Assembly (NCBI RefSeq): GCF_009914755.1
Contig: NC_060947.1
Reading direction: 5' to 3' (one strand)
Length of the DNA: 64,000 bases
Source of the DNA: the human T2T-CHM13v2.0 reference genome, Homo sapiens
Part shown: positions 39,836 through 53,482 of the stretch, piece by piece
Position numbering within the stretch: the first letter of the stretch is position 1
Layout of the letters: each line of letters starts with the position of its first letter
Position numbers and translations under genes: made by a program
Notes under the pieces: generated by a model
Told to the model about the DNA's origin: nothing
The model's database searches: none
The model's input: the letters and a program-made list of their open reading frames with translations, nothing else

Positions 39836-42343
39836 CTCCCTCTCCCTCCTCTCCCTCCTCTCCCTCTCCCTCTCCCTCTCTCTCCCTCTCCCCACGGTCT
39901 CCTTCCATGGTCTCCCTCTGATGCCGAGCCAAAGCTGGACGGTACTGCTGCCATCTCGGCTCACTGCAACCTCCCTGCCTGATTCTCCTGCCTCAGCCTG
40001 CCGAGTGCCTGCGATTGCAGGCGCGCGCCGCCACGCCTGACTGGTTTTCGTTTTTTTTTTTTTGGTGGAGACGGGGTTTTGCTGTGTTGGCCGGGCTGGT
40101 CTCCAGCTCCTAACCGCGAGTGATCCGCCAGCCTCGGCCTCCCGAGGCGCCGGGATTGCAGACGGAGTCTCGTTCACTCAGTGCTCAATGGTGCCCAGGC
40201 TGGAGTGCAGTGGCGTGATCTCGGCTCGCTACAACCTCCACCTCCCAGCCGCCTGCCTTGGCCTCCCAAAGTGCCGAGATTGCAGCCTCTGCCCGGCCGC
40301 CACCCCGTCTGGGAAGTGAGGAGCGTCTCTGCCTGGCCGCCCATCGTCTGGGATGTGAGGAGCCCCTCTGCCTGGCTGCCCAGTCTGGAAAGTGAGGAGC
40401 GTCTCTGCCCGGCCGCCATCCCATCTAGGAAGGGAGGAGCGCCTCTTCCCCGCCGCCATCCCATCTAGGAAGTGAGGAGCGTCTCTGCCCGGCCGCCCAT
40501 CGTCTGAGATGTGGGGAGCACCTCTGCCCCGCCGCCCTGTCTGGGATGTGAGGAGCGCCTCTGCTGGGCCGCAACCCTGTCTGGGAGGTGAGGAGCGTCT
40601 CTGCCCGGCCGCCGCCCCGTCTGAGAAGTGAGGAGCCCCTCCGTCCGGCAGCCACCCCGTCTGGGAAGTGAGGAGCGTCTCCGCCCGGCAGCCACCCCGT
40701 CTGGGAGGGAGGTGGGGGGGGGTCAGCCCCCCGCCCGGCCAGCCGCCCCGTCCGGGAGGTGAGGGGCTCCTCTGCCCGGCCGCCCCTACTGGGAAGTGAG
40801 GAGCCCCTCTGCCCGGCCAGTCGCCCCGTCCAGGAGGGAGGTGGGGGGGTCAGCCCCCGGCCCGGCCAGCCGCCCAGTCCGGGAGGGAGGTGGGGGGTCA
40901 GCCCCCCGCCCGGCCAGCCGCCCCGTCCGGGAGGGGGGAGGGGGGGTCAGCCCCCTGCCCGGCCAGCCGCCCCGTCCGGGAGGGAGGTGGGGGAGTCAGC
41001 CCCCCGCCCGGCCAGCCGCCCCATCCGGGAGGGAGGTGGGGGGATCAGCCCCCCGCCTGGCCAGCCGCCCCGTCCGGGAGGTGAGGGGCGCCTCTGCCCG
41101 GCCGCCCCTACTGGGAAGTGAGGACCCCTCTGCCCGGCCAGCCGCCCCGTCTGGGAGGGAGGTGGGGGGGGGTCAGCCCCCCGCCCGGCCAGCCGCCCAG
41201 TCCGGGAGGGAGGTGGGGGGTCAGCCCCCCGCCCGGCCAGCCGCCCCGTCCGGGAGGGAGGTGGGGGGATCAGCCCCCCGCCTGGCCAGCCGCCCCGTCC
41301 GGGAGGTGAGGGGCGCCTCTGCCCGGCCGCCCCTACTGGGAAGTGAGGAGCCCCTCTGCCCGGCCAGCCGCCCCGTCCGGGAGGGAGGCGGGGGGGGGGG
41401 GTCGGCCAGCCGCCCCGTCCGGGAGGGAGGTGGGGGGGTCAGCCCTCCGCCCGGCCAGCCGCCCCGTCTGGGAGGTGAGGGGCGCCTCTGCCCGGCCGCC
41501 CCTACTGGGAAGTGAGGACCCCTCTGCCCGGCCAGCCGCCCCGTCCGGGAGGGAGGTGGGGGGGTCAGCCCCCGCCCGGCCAGCCGCCCTATCCAGGAGG
41601 TGAGGGGCGCCTCTGCCCGGCCGCCCCTACTGGGAAGTGAGGAGCCCCTCTGCCTGGCCAGCCGCCCCGTCCGGGAGGGTGGTGGGGGGGTCAGCCCCCC
41701 GCCCGGCCAGCCGCCCCATCCGGGAGGTGAGGGGCACTTCTGCCCGGCCGCCCCTACTGGGAAGTGGGGAGCCCCTCTGCCCGGCCACGACCCCGTCTGG
41801 GAGGTGTGCCCAGTGGCTCATTGGGGATGGGCCATGATGACAATGGCGGTTTTGTGGAATAGAAAGGCGGGAAGGGTGGGGAAGAAATTGAGAAATCGGA
41901 TGGTTGCCGGGTCTGTGTGGATGGAAGTAGACATGGGAGACTTTTCATTTTGTTCTGTACTAAGAAAAATTCTTCTGCCTTGGGATCCTGTTGATCTGTG
42001 ACCTTATCCCCAACCCTGTGCTCTCTGAAACATGTGCTGTGTCCACTCAGGGTTAAATGGATTAAGGGCGGTGCAAGATGTGCTTTGTTAAACAGATGCT
42101 TGAAGGCAGCATGCTCGTTAAGAGTCATCACCACTCCCTAATCTCAAGTACCCAGGGACACAAACACTGCGGAAGGCCGCAGGGTCCTCTGCCTAGGAAA
42201 ACCAGAGACCTTTGTTCACTTGTTTATCTGCTGACCTTCCCTCCACTATTGTCCTATGACCCTGCCAAATCCCCCTCTGCGAGAAACACCCAAGAATGAT
42301 CAATAAAAAAAAAAAATTAAAAAAATAAAATAAAATAAAAAAA
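39836..42343 (+). mobile_element. Full-length SVA retrotransposon (young, probably E/F-type), antisense to HUWE1
   Basis: (CCCTCT)n at 39836, Alu-like segment ~39900-40290, GC-rich VNTR ~40290-41800, SINE-R ~41800-42300, AATAAA at 42302, A-rich tail. Confidence 0.97.
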
Positions 42344-43190
42344 CAAATCCAACAAACCTACAGAAAAGTTCGAATAGTATAATAAACATCTATATACTTT
42401 TCATCCAGAATTACCAAGTGACTACTCCTAAATACATCTACTTGTAGCTCCTAAGATCAAGGACATATATTTTCTTTTTTATTACCAAAAAAGTCAGCAG
42501 AGGGGAGATCAAGGGTATTTTTATACAGAACTGCAATACCATTATAATACCCCCCAAATTTAACAGATACAATTACATTACCTAATACATAGCACTCAAA
42601 TTTCTCCAAATCTTTTATCTGGATCCACAGCCCAACCAAGGCTGGTGGTGATTATCTCTCTAGTCTACTTTTCTCTATAAGAAATGATCCTGTATTTTTT
42701 CTTTCATAACATTAATATTTTTGAAGAGTCTAGGCCAGTTGTCTTATATAGAACATCTCACAATTTGTATTTATCTAATTGTTTCCTCATAATTAAATAC
42801 AGGTCAAACATTTCTTGGCAGGAATACACAGATGACGTCTATTTCGCACTGTGTTACACGAGACATACATCCATTTAACCCTTAATTATCACTTGATTTG
42901 TAAACCATTAACTATATGTAAAGCCTACTGCCCCACCAAAATGAGCTCTTTGAAGTGAAGGACTAGAATGAATGAGTCCTCAGTGTCTCTGGCAGGGATT
43001 ACAACAGGGCAAGGCCCAGAGAAGCTACTGAAGTACCTAATAAATTGACCCAAACAATCAATTAGCCAGCAAATGTCCTAATACTTGCCTAAGGAGGCTC
43101 TTCAAGTTACAGACCTCCTCATAAATAAATTTCTGGATTTATACCAGGCCACACACTTAATATCAAAGGCCAGGAGCAAGCGAAACTTAC

Positions 43191-43386
43191 CAGTTCCTGA
43201 GCCTCGAGGGGCAGGAAGGGCGATGCGGATACAGCAGTTGGCCACTTCTGTGAATATGTCTGGATTGCGGCATGCGGCTGGCCCAAGGACACGAAGGATG
43301 TAGTTGATCTCCCGAGAGCCGAGGCTGCCAGACACAACACCAGAGGTAGTGCTACCAGCTCCACTTGTAGCTGCTGAGCGAACAAC
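43191..43386 (-). CDS. HUWE1: HUWE1 exon [14 protein letters not shown]...PAPRGSGT
   Basis: ORF 43102..43335; GT-AG flanks. Confidence 0.93.
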
Positions 43387-45121
43387 CTAGTAAAGAGAGA
43401 AAGAAACACTGTCGATTAAACACTACTTTCTAAAAATACAACTGCAGTCAAGAGTTACCAAGACTAAAAGCTTTTGATTTTGGGGAGAATGACATTTTAT
43501 TTTTAAGTCCCGTCCCATCCCTTCTTGATTCAAAAAACCTGGCTTATAAAAAAGTTGCAGCATGTCTCAAAACTATCAATTATTAGACCAGACTGCATGT
43601 GATCTTTATAGAAACTGGGAGATGTGTCAAGACTATAAACCCCACATAACTTCCACATTAAAATGTCAGCTCCTGAGCCTCTCCAAATGCTGTCACAATT
43701 TTAAACCAGAATGGTTCAAAAACATGTAACACTGTAATCCACTTAGTGTACAGGAACACAATTAAATATTTTCTTTATGCCTCAAAGTCAACCATCAGTC
43801 TGAGATAATGATAGCCACTGGAGATACTGAACTATTTATATATTGTTTGCCTTGATAACACAGGGCTTACATATAGCTATGCTTCTGCTCTTCTCATAAA
43901 ATTGCTTGTTAATAATGGAAAAATCCATGAAAGCACGAAGAAAATAACTCAATTGTATTATTTTCCATTATCTGTTATTTCACAAACTACATGCTCACAA
44001 TGAAAAACATCTTTTGGTATCTTAATTTTTTTTTTTTAAACCAAATCAATCATGCCCTTTAGCACATTATACCCTCTGTATCTTGCCTGTCTGGCTGTAA
44101 TTATAAAATAATTTCCATTTAATAAACACAGAAAAGTTTAATTTCAATATTAAGGATAAGCCATAATTTATCCAGCCCCCAACTGCTGGACATTAGACCT
44201 CTAGTTTCTTGATATTACAAGCAATTCCACAGTGAACACTCTTATATATGCATCTTGGTATACTTGATGTTAGTTATCAGATAAATTCTTAGCCATAGAA
44301 TTTCTAGGTCAAAGGATATCTTAGACCAAGAGTACCAAATTGCCCTCCCATGTGGCTACACCAATTTCCACTCCTACCGAAAGTTAAGAGTATGCCTGGT
44401 TTTCCACACCTGTACTAGCAATGAATAGTACCAAGACTTTACATTTTGCCATCTTGATACGTTAAGACTGTCACTGATGTTCCTTTGTTTCCCACACCCC
44501 AACTATAATTTACCTAAAGTTAAAACTTTAAAAGTTTTCCCTCATCCAATGAGGACCTACACTTTCTCCTAGCACTTTGAACTTGTAACTTTTAAACATT
44601 TCTTTATAGAAAGCGTTTCAAGCATTTCAAGTTTCTAAAATCAGAATTTAGTTGTATATAGTTGTTCCTTCCCTGCTGGGTTATCTCCTGGACTGTGGAT
44701 CACCATACAAGCTACCTTTAACAGCTCTCTTTCTCTTGATTTGGCACATGTGAGGTGAAATCAAGCAGGCTGTGTAAAGAACTGTCTGAAGAATCTAAAA
44801 TGTATACTCAGATATACAAAAACTGATACCACTTTTCTGGCAAGCAAGTTAAAAAATACTTGTAATGCCTTTTGATCCAATTACTAAAAATCTCTAAGTA
44901 ACGATCTTAAACATGAACAAAGTTAGGCACAAAAACGCATATTGCAACACTGCTTATAAATGTGGGAAACAATGTCCCAAGAGAGGAAAACGGAAGCAAA
45001 GTCTATTAACAGTCATTATTGATGACAAAGAATCAGCAGAAGAAAGGATTTTGTATTAAGTACTGAGGAGGAAAAGCCTCACTACTAGGACATTTGCCCC
45101 TCAACCCTCCACTGTTGTCTT

Positions 45122-45330
45122 CTTTTTTTTTTTCTTTTGAGACAGAGTCTCGCTCTGTCACCCAGGCTGGGGAGCAATGGCACCATCTCGGCTCACTGCA
45201 ACCTCTGCCTCCCAAGTAGCTGGGATTACAGGTGCATGCCACCACACCCACCTAGTCTTGAACTTCTAACCTCAGGTGATTTACCTGCCTCCCAAAGTGC
45301 TGGGATTAGAGGCATGAGCCACCACACCCA
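45122..45330 (-). mobile_element. Internally deleted Alu
   Basis: Alu segments with gaps. Confidence 0.8.
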
Positions 45331-45669
45331 GACTATTGTCTTAACTTTACAAATGTTTTTATTTTTTATAAGTACGTTGCTATTTCTTCCACTGGTTTGT
45401 AAGTTTCCTAAAATATAATAACCTGTTTTCTGATCTGCACAATGGATATTTGTTAAGTGTCTATCACAGTGCCTGGCAGATTACAAACATTCAAAAAGCT
45501 TTAACTATACTTTTATATTCCAAAATACAGTGTTTTGAGAATAGTCTCTTGGCTGAACACCCGAGAGGTACTCCTACAAAGGAATGATTCTGAAGGTATG
45601 AACTTGGGGGAAGGTATCCCAGTTCTTTACTAACGGTTTTTGGCTTGGTTAATGAAACCTAGATTAAAA

Positions 45670-45700
<31 letters not shown>

Positions 45701-45917
45701 CCAGATTGCTGGAGAGGACTTTCTAGCAATAGGATCATCCTACCATACCTAAGCAAGCTCCCAAGCATAGAGTTGGAAAATTCTGTTGGGTGGAGTATAC
45801 AGTATACATATCTAGCTATATACCCTAAGAAGAACCAGAAGTCTATTTGTTCTCAGACCAAGGAGAACATAGGTATGATGTAAAGCTAAACCAGAATCTG
45901 ATACAAAACACACTCAC

Positions 45918-46276
45918 CTTTTCCATGGTATGACGAAGGGTACAGGGGTCCTCAATGATGTGTCTTAAGAGAAGGGTGACCAGGGGAGTAAACCCATTGA
46001 AGCCTGAGCTCTGGGTCAAATTCAAGATCATGCGGGTACTCTTCAGTTCTGCAAACATCATGGCATATTTGTGGTCCCGGGTGAGCCTCAGACAGAGACG
46101 AAGGGTGGCATGCAAAGTATCTGGGTCCACAGGGACTCCCAGCATGCTCACGCAGGCCCGGATTAAAACAGTCACCATATCTTCTGTCAAGCCCTGGATC
46201 AGGATCTCCCCGATTTTTGTTTCCTCCAGGCTTGTCTCCTTTTCAGTGTTTGTACTCTCTAGGGCCAAAGGGGTAT
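45918..46276 (-). CDS. HUWE1: HUWE1 exon [10 protein letters not shown]...LRHTMEK
   Basis: ORF 45843..46364; GT-AG flanks. Confidence 0.94.
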
Positions 46277-46545
46277 CTATAAAATGGGAAAATAACAGTT
46301 TTAGACAGTTTAACTTGATGTTTATTTCCTCCCACGCCTCCCTCCTAAGTAATTGGCCAAGCACTTGGGTCCTATTAAGAGAAGCATGCCAAATACCAAT
46401 TTTAAGATCAGATGAAAAAGCATAAGGGAGGCCTACGTATCTTTAATCTGTTAATCAAGCTGATGAAAATAACTCACAATGAAATTGGCCAGACCTTAAG
46501 CCACAAAGGCACATTAGCTTTAGGTAAAACACTCTTGGTACATAC

Positions 46546-46705
46546 CATTGCCTTTATTTTCTTTACGTTTGATATCCATTTCTTTGCTTTCTTCCAGCGT
46601 CTTCTCTAGTTCCTGTCCATTGCTGTTTTTTGAATTTTTATTCAGCCGAGGTACCCTGAGGAGAGTCAGCATCACAGGGCGTCGGTTCCCTGTTTCCTCA
46701 TTAAC
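46546..46705 (-). CDS. HUWE1: HUWE1 exon [16 protein letters not shown]...ENKGN (end of WWE)
   Basis: cctag|GTT ... G|gtatgt; open frame. Confidence 0.92.
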
Positions 46706-47159
46706 CTAGGAATTCAAACAGACATTAAAAAAACCTCTACCAAAAATGAATTATAAAGGTGGGGGAGGGGAGGGACATCTCCCAGGTAAAATGCTACAAC
46801 AGGAAGGAACTCTGGCAATTTATCCCACCTTTATCATTTACAGAGAAAAAACCTGAAAGTCCCCAGAAGGCAAGTGGCATACACAAGGCCTTATAATGAA
46901 CTGTAGACCTTCCAACAGAGCAAATACCATCCCTAACCACTCCCTAGCCCTTGACTAAACACTTAAAATCATTTCTAAGAGGGATAGTATCAAATTGCTA
47001 CAGACCCAAGGTCTAATCAATGACCTTAGGAAGACTCGATTTTCTGAAATCTATACTTAATTAGGTAATGGTAACTCTCCTCCTCCTAACACGTTAGGAA
47101 TGCTGGTTCAGAAAGAAGAAAACCAAAACACATACCCCTCTTTTTGATAAAGTTTACAG

Positions 47160-47355
47160 TAGGGGTGTCCAATCTTTTGGCTTCCCTGGACCACACTGGA
47201 AGAAGAATTGTCTTGGGCCACACATAAACTACACTAACGATATTTGATAAGCTAAAAAGAACAACGACAAAAAAACCTCAATGTGTGGTGTTGGGCTGCA
47301 TTCAAAGACATCCTGAGCCATATGTGGCCTGTGGTCCACGGGTTAGACAAGCTTG
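47160..47355 (+). mobile_element. MER30-like hAT-Charlie MITE
   Basis: aggggtgtccaatcttttggcttccctgg...gggttagacaagcttg matches the MER30 ends as I recall them. Confidence 0.8.
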
Positions 47356-47371
47356 GTGAGTGAGCATGTAC

Positions 47372-47548
47372 CTGCACCATTGTAGTGAATTGGACCGTGT
47401 ATCTTCTTCGGCCTGCAGTGAATCGCACGCTTGTCTCTCCAGATTTCCAGGCAGAATCAATAGTGCTATTGTTGCTTGCACTGTAACTACACCAACGCCC
47501 AGAGCGATCATCAAACCAGCGCCAGTTGTTGCTGTTGGATTGCAGGTA
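47372..47548 (-). CDS. HUWE1: HUWE1 WWE exon [22 protein letters not shown]...FTTMVQ
   Basis: WWE-type tryptophan pattern; tttag| and CAG|gtacat. Confidence 0.94.
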
Positions 47549-47728
47549 CTAAACATAAAAGTACAAAGTTTCTTTGTATTTCTTTCAAGGTTGATTAGAA
47601 GAAATAGTAACTTCATCAGTGTTCACTGCTAAAACTCACCCAGGAAAAAGAAATATACTGGACAATAAATTTTAAAAACCAAAAGAACATTTTTCATATG
47701 CATTTACTCTCACATTCCTTAGTCTCTC

Positions 47729-48409
47729 TGCTACACGCTTAAAAACATGTCTTCTAAAGTTCAGGTGTTGAAAACTTAATCCCTAATTTAACAGTGCTGG
47801 GAGGTGGGGCCTAATAAAAGATAATATTAGGTCATGGGGACTCCGCCCCTCATGAATGGATTAATGTCATTATCCACGGACTGGGTTAGTTATTGTGACT
47901 GGGTTGGTTATAAAAGCGAGTTTGGACACCTCTTGCTCTTCCACCTTCTGCAATAGAAGGATGCAGCACTAAGGCTGTCACCAGATGTGGTCCCTTAGAT
48001 CAGCCTCTAGAACTATGAGCCAAATAAACTTGTACAGTTTATATTAAATATTTTTTTTGGAGACAGGGTCTGACTCTGTCACCTAGGCTGGAGTGCAGTG
48101 ACGCGATGCCGGCTCGGTTCACTGCAACCTCTGCCTCCCAGGCTCAAGTGATCTCCCCACCTCAGCCACCTGAGTAGCTGGGACCATAGGCACACACCAC
48201 TATGCCTGGTTAATTTTTGTATTTTTTGGAGAGATGGGGTTTCACCATGTGTTGCCCAAGCTGGTCTTGAACTCCTGAACTCAAGTAATCTACCTGTCTC
48301 AGCCTCCCAAAGTGCTGGGATTACAGACGTGAGCCTACAGTGCCCAGCCTATGGTTTATAAATTAGTCCGTGGTATTACGTTATAGCAACAGCAAAACGG
48401 ACTAAGATA
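47729..48409 (+). mobile_element. MaLR (MST-like) solo LTR interrupted by a reverse Alu (48052-48349)
   Basis: ctcatgaatggattaatg and terminal gttatagcaacagcaaaacggactaaga. Confidence 0.75.
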
Positions 48410-48849
48410 CTTTTCCTAGACAAAAAAACTATCTACAGCCCCTTATCTTGCCATTTTCTACTTTCCTTTTGTTTCTACTGATTTTCCCTAAAAGGGGAAT
48501 GTTCACCTGAGATGTACTGAAACAAAAATTCTGTTTCCAAGAAGGTAGTGAGATGATGTGGCACAATAATCTTCATCTAAGGAGTGTTTGCTTTTTGGTA
48601 GGATTGCTGTATACTCAGTCCCTTACATAACAGAAAAGCCGCTCCTCCTCTGGAGATAGCACACTCCTTCAAAATTTACTTCCAGAGTAAATTATTCAGA
48701 AGAGAAACCTAGCTATGAAAATCCCTTAAGAGATTTATACATTGGTCAGAGACTTCTATATTCTTCACTACTCTCTCATATTCTCTTCTGGTCTACTCTT
48801 GCCTCAGGAAGCTAAACCGTCCTGCAGTCATACATACTACATTACACAC

Positions 48850-48931
48850 CTTAGTCATCTGGGCTCTCCTTTTTGAGGAGATGGCTGTCTTTTCATAGAA
48901 ATCAATCAGGAGCAACACTGGTGTGATCCAC
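48850..48931 (-). CDS. HUWE1: HUWE1 exon [28 protein letters not shown]
   Basis: ORF 48793..49005; GT-AG flanks. Confidence 0.92.
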
Positions 48932-49141
48932 CTAAAAAAGAAAAATGATCTGTTTTGGGAAAGCAAGAAACCTGCACAAATTGGGAAAATATATCTTAAT
49001 TTCATCAGATGCTTCCTTTATAATTTTAAAACTACAGAAGTACCACAAATTTGCCCCATACATGCCCCAGAAGAGTGCCTGATTCAGGCCCATGTCCCAG
49101 GGAAATAGAAACGAAACTAGGGTAGATATAGGGTTACTCAC

Positions 49142-49269
49142 TTTGGGGTCTGGACTTCCTTCTGCTCCTTGGCTGCCTGGAGGCAGGGCTGAACCACTTC
49201 CAAGAGTTTGATTAGGACATTAAGGATGCCACTTGATTCAACCACCCAAGCACAAGGTAGCTTCAACTC
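49142..49269 (-). CDS. HUWE1: HUWE1 exon [14 protein letters not shown]...EVQTP
   Basis: atcag|GAG ... AA|gtgagt. Confidence 0.92.
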
Positions 49270-50741
49270 CTGATAGATCAAAGGGAAAAAACAACAACAA
49301 CCAGATACCAATTTCTACTCAGTAACAAAGATTAGCATGGGATAGGGGAGGGGAACATAAGGGTAAATAATAATAGAATTGGTTGAGTTCAAATTTTACC
49401 TCTTACCATTTACCAGTTGTGTAATCTAAGATGTGTTAAATTTTCTAGGCTTTGGTTTCCTCATGGGTCAGAGGAAATAATTTTTACCTGCAGAATAATT
49501 GTGATGATTGAGGTTTTATATATATTAATATAAAGTACCCAGTGCCTGGCACTAATGTATATGCTTAATATGGAAATGGTTTATCACCAAGGTTGTGCAG
49601 TCTATGTTGAAGTTGTAAAGCTTTAGATTTACAGAGAAATTTTATAATCTTTCAAGGAAAATGGAATAATTAAACACAGTTAATGGTTCGTCTTACTGGG
49701 GCTACACCAAAGTGTTACTTTTAACAGGAAATCACTGGAAGTAAATGTCCAAGGATAGGTAATTATTTAAATAAATTAGAGAACATTCAAAAGATGGACT
49801 AATGTATATAGCAAATGGGAAAATAGTCATAATACTTAACAAAAAGAATATAAAACTTTCTATACAGTCTTATCCCAATTGCTTAAATGAACAGGAAAAA
49901 ACACTAAAAGAAAATACAAGACTGTTACTTGTGATTTGTTTTAGATGGGGGTCCATGAATGATTCTCTCTTTAGTACTCTGAAACCTTTCCCACAAGTAT
50001 CTATTTACAAAGTGCTACAGTAAGAGTTATCACTTCCATGATAAAGGAAACCCCCAAGACAGCTGTTACACAGTTTGACTCTTATATTGGATTTATCCCC
50101 TGAGTTTGCTGTATGTAAAGGGTTCAGTTCATTAAGTTCAGGTTTTAAAGATAATGAGCCACAAATGAAGTCATTTGTCCAAGGTCAATTGCCTCCTAGT
50201 TCCTACGTTGGTTGGATCAGGTCTTGCCCAAACCACTCTCTTGCCTCAAATAATCTGCTGACTAAATAGGCAAGGAAAAGAGAGAGGAATCTGATTTCAT
50301 CTAATGTCTATTACCTCAATATTGACCACATCCAATTTGCATACCCTACTCTACTATGTGGCTGCCAGTTAGGTTTCCTCAGAAGAGCAAAAAATATTCT
50401 ATGACCAAGCTCTGTTAGTAATTTAAATACTTTTTTTTTAAACTACCACCTCACAATTCTGACTCAATTCAATTAATGCTTGTTCTCAGAAGCCCTTCTC
50501 ACATGAATCCAAAGTGATGCATATGACTTTCCTAAACCCAGATAAAACTGTTATCATTCTAACACAGAATGCTGTATTTTATACGTAATTATATGCATTT
50601 CAGCCTATCAGAAACTGGGCTCATGAAATGCAGGACTCATGCCTTATTCTTCGCTTTATCGTCTTCAATGCCTCATATATGTTAAGTGTTTGATAATTCT
50701 TTCATGAATGAATTACAAGGCCCCAAAGATCTAAATCTTAC

Positions 50742-50894
50742 CTCAAAAAGTAGCGTTAAAAGCAAGATTCTAGTAGCCAAATTGGAGGCCTGGGGCAGTG
50801 TGGCCATCTGACTTATCCACTCTGACACGGTTTTTGTGTCACTTGTTGTCAGGGGAAGAGCAGCTTTGATCAATACATCAGCAGCTTCCCACAC
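50742..50894 (-). CDS. HUWE1: HUWE1 exon [14 protein letters not shown]...LTLLFE
   Basis: ORF 50682..50894; GT-AG flanks. Confidence 0.93.
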
Positions 50895-51906
50895 CTAGAA
50901 AAGCAAAAAAAGGGTTAAGTCACGGAACCGCAGAGCAAGATGAGGTTTCTGAAAATATTCTCAACCTTTTAAAATACTCCCTCTGCCTCCAACACATTCA
51001 CTAAAGAAAGGTAGGTAAATCTAACATATTTACCATAGGGATTTAGAATCTATATCAAAAGATGTATGCTACTAAAGGATCACCACTAAACAATTACTTT
51101 ATTAGGCTAGACTATAAGCAGCCTAAAATCTAAGTTAAAGGAAATGAGTATTTTAAAACTTCCTGGTGCATACAGTCAACCCCAAAAAGGTTCTATCAAC
51201 TTATACTTCCATCAGCAATCTTTCATTTTATCTCTCTCTCTCAGAATTATTGTTAAAAAATAGACACTAAAACTTTCTGTGAAAAAATGTTTTATCCAGT
51301 TTTCCTTTACTTGTGTTCTTGTGCATTAAAGTTCTATTTTACAAAGCCCAGAAAAAAGTTTTCCCTTTTTTAATTTCTTTCCCTGCTTCTAGAATGAAAC
51401 ATTACATAAAACAAGATTCCAGTAACTTAAATACAATCGAAATGTTAACTGGCTATCTGGGTGTGGGGATTTAAGGTAATTCCTTTCTTATCCCACTTCT
51501 ATAATTAGCATAATTTCATAATGAGAGAAAAGAAAAAGAGGACAAATATCAGGTCACAAGTATTCATCAGGATGGGGACTCAGTTGTTCAAGCGGCTGTT
51601 ACATAGGAAAAAACATTTATTCAGTATTAGTCCAGGGGACGAACCTGACTCAAGGGTGAGGCACATTTTAGACATTTTAAGAGAAAAGTAGAAAAGGAGA
51701 GCTTTGTTTTTCCCTTCTAAAGACATTTTTGTGTGTGCGATGTAGTTAACACACTGTTTCAGGATTACCAGATCGAAAGAATCCAAATAGAGAATATACC
51801 CATATCAGGTAGAATGAAAATATGCTGATTTTTCAGAAATCAGGTTTTGACACAGGCAGGCAAACCACTTCACATACTCCCCTCTTCTGACCCCTTGAGA
51901 GCTCAC

Positions 51907-52176
51907 CTGATTGACTACTTGCTTCAGAATCATGTCACGATAATCTGCTCCATTACGTTTGATTGCTGTCATGATCAGGTCACACACACGGTATACTGTG
52001 TCTGGCAGCTCATCAAGAAGGTGGAAGCAGCCTGGCAACATAGTATCTGTGAAAGTGTGGAGCTCATCTTGTTCCAACGGGTCAGCATCCTGGAACTTCT
52101 CTAGACATTTAGCCTCTTCCTCCTCCTGCTTTTCCCGAGCTTTCCGTTCCTCTTCCTCCTTCCGGCAAGCAACTTC
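51907..52176 (-). CDS. HUWE1: HUWE1 exon [12 protein letters not shown]...LKQVVNQ
   Basis: ORF 51805..52266; GT-AG flanks. Confidence 0.93.
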
Positions 52177-52763
52177 CTGGAAGCAGGGAAGGAAGTGTGA
52201 ATAATACACAGGAGAGGTGAAGGAGGAAAGATAAGAGAGACTCTGAGAATGTTTTTGCTCTACCATATGATTACCCTCAACCTTCTCCTCAAGCGGTTGA
52301 TACTTTCATCCAGGATGTGGCAGCCACAAAGTTTAAGGCAAGACAGGGAAGGTAGAAGGGAGGGATGCTTCAAACAACTTTCACTGTCAAGTCACTTGTA
52401 GCATTCTATACTACCTCCCGCAAAATCATTTCTAGACACTGTTCTATATTCTGTGCCAGCAGGGAAAATTAAAGTAACTGTCACCTAGAAATATACAGCC
52501 AAGTTCGGCCTAATGGCACTACTGAGTACACATTGGGTCTCTTATTTGACAATAAAGATTAACGCTTCATATGCCTCCCTTAAAGCTTCAGGTCAATACA
52601 AGGTAGCTCAATAATGGATGGCAAAGCTGGGATGAATTAGTACTCTTCTCATGTCTTCCTTTAGATTTGAATTCTATCAATTAGTTTGCAATACTAGCAG
52701 AATGTTCACAGAATACTAAGATTCATGTGCCAAGCCCTTTAGGATGCAGTGTTCCATAGTTAC

Positions 52764-52859
52764 CTCAGGTGACTCTGCCCTTTGATCCATTGGAATATCC
52801 TGTCCCAGAGACATAGCAATTGCTCTCATCATCTGGTCCTCTTCAGACATGCTGAGATC
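52764..52859 (-). CDS. HUWE1: HUWE1 UIM exon [21 protein letters not shown]...ESPE
   Basis: UIM-like EEDxxxxAIAMS; GT-AG flanks. Confidence 0.93.
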
Positions 52860-53359
52860 CTAGAGTGTTAAGAGAATATCCAGTAAGGATACACACTCAA
52901 AACAAAGAAACCCAACAAGACCACTGCAACTCACAGGCAATCAGACATCTTGTGCTCAAGCTAAAGAGAGAGGAAGGGCCTCAAAATGCTGCTCTTGTAT
53001 AAGTCAAACCCTATCAGGCTTATGTGGTTACTACAAACAAGAACAGATGAGGAAAATCACACGTAAAACTAAGTATAGGAAGGAGGCTTACAGTGTGATC
53101 ATCTATTCTACATCTTAGAAAAGTGTGCCTCTTCTATTGTTTTGTGACTGGGGGTTCTTGTGCAAACAAAGTATAGTAATTTGTATTGCTGGGGGACAGA
53201 AAACTTCTGTTATTATGAAAAGAAAATACTGGCATGGACATGTCTGAAAATGAGAAGCAGTTTATAGAAAGGAAGACCAATGACAGAATAATAAGGGGAA
53301 AAAGGACTTCAGCAGTCAAACCAATATCCTGGAAAATCACTGCTTCTGAGCCAACTTAC

Positions 53360-53482
53360 CCGAACAACTCCTCCCATGATTGGAGGAGGGTGGGTTAAAA
53401 GGTACTCTGTGGCCTGCTCCATGGTGCTGGTGTTCAACAGTGCCTCCATTGCATGTTCCCTTGTGAAGCCCATGTCCATGAG
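53360..53482 (-). CDS. HUWE1: HUWE1 UBA exon [16 protein letters not shown]...GGVVR
   Basis: MGF loop of UBA; tgtag| and CGG|gtaagt. Confidence 0.94.

Noticed and set aside
40290-41800. Repeat array superficially like a CRISPR locus
   Set aside because: Units are contiguous VNTR variants without unique spacers; eukaryotic context and no cas genes
40174-42134. Many long Pro/Gly/Arg-rich ORFs (e.g. 239 aa at 40796..41515)
   Set aside because: By-products of the stop-poor GC-rich SVA VNTR
45955-46425. 156-aa plus-strand ORF
   Set aside because: Antisense shadow of a HUWE1 exon; no independent gene signals
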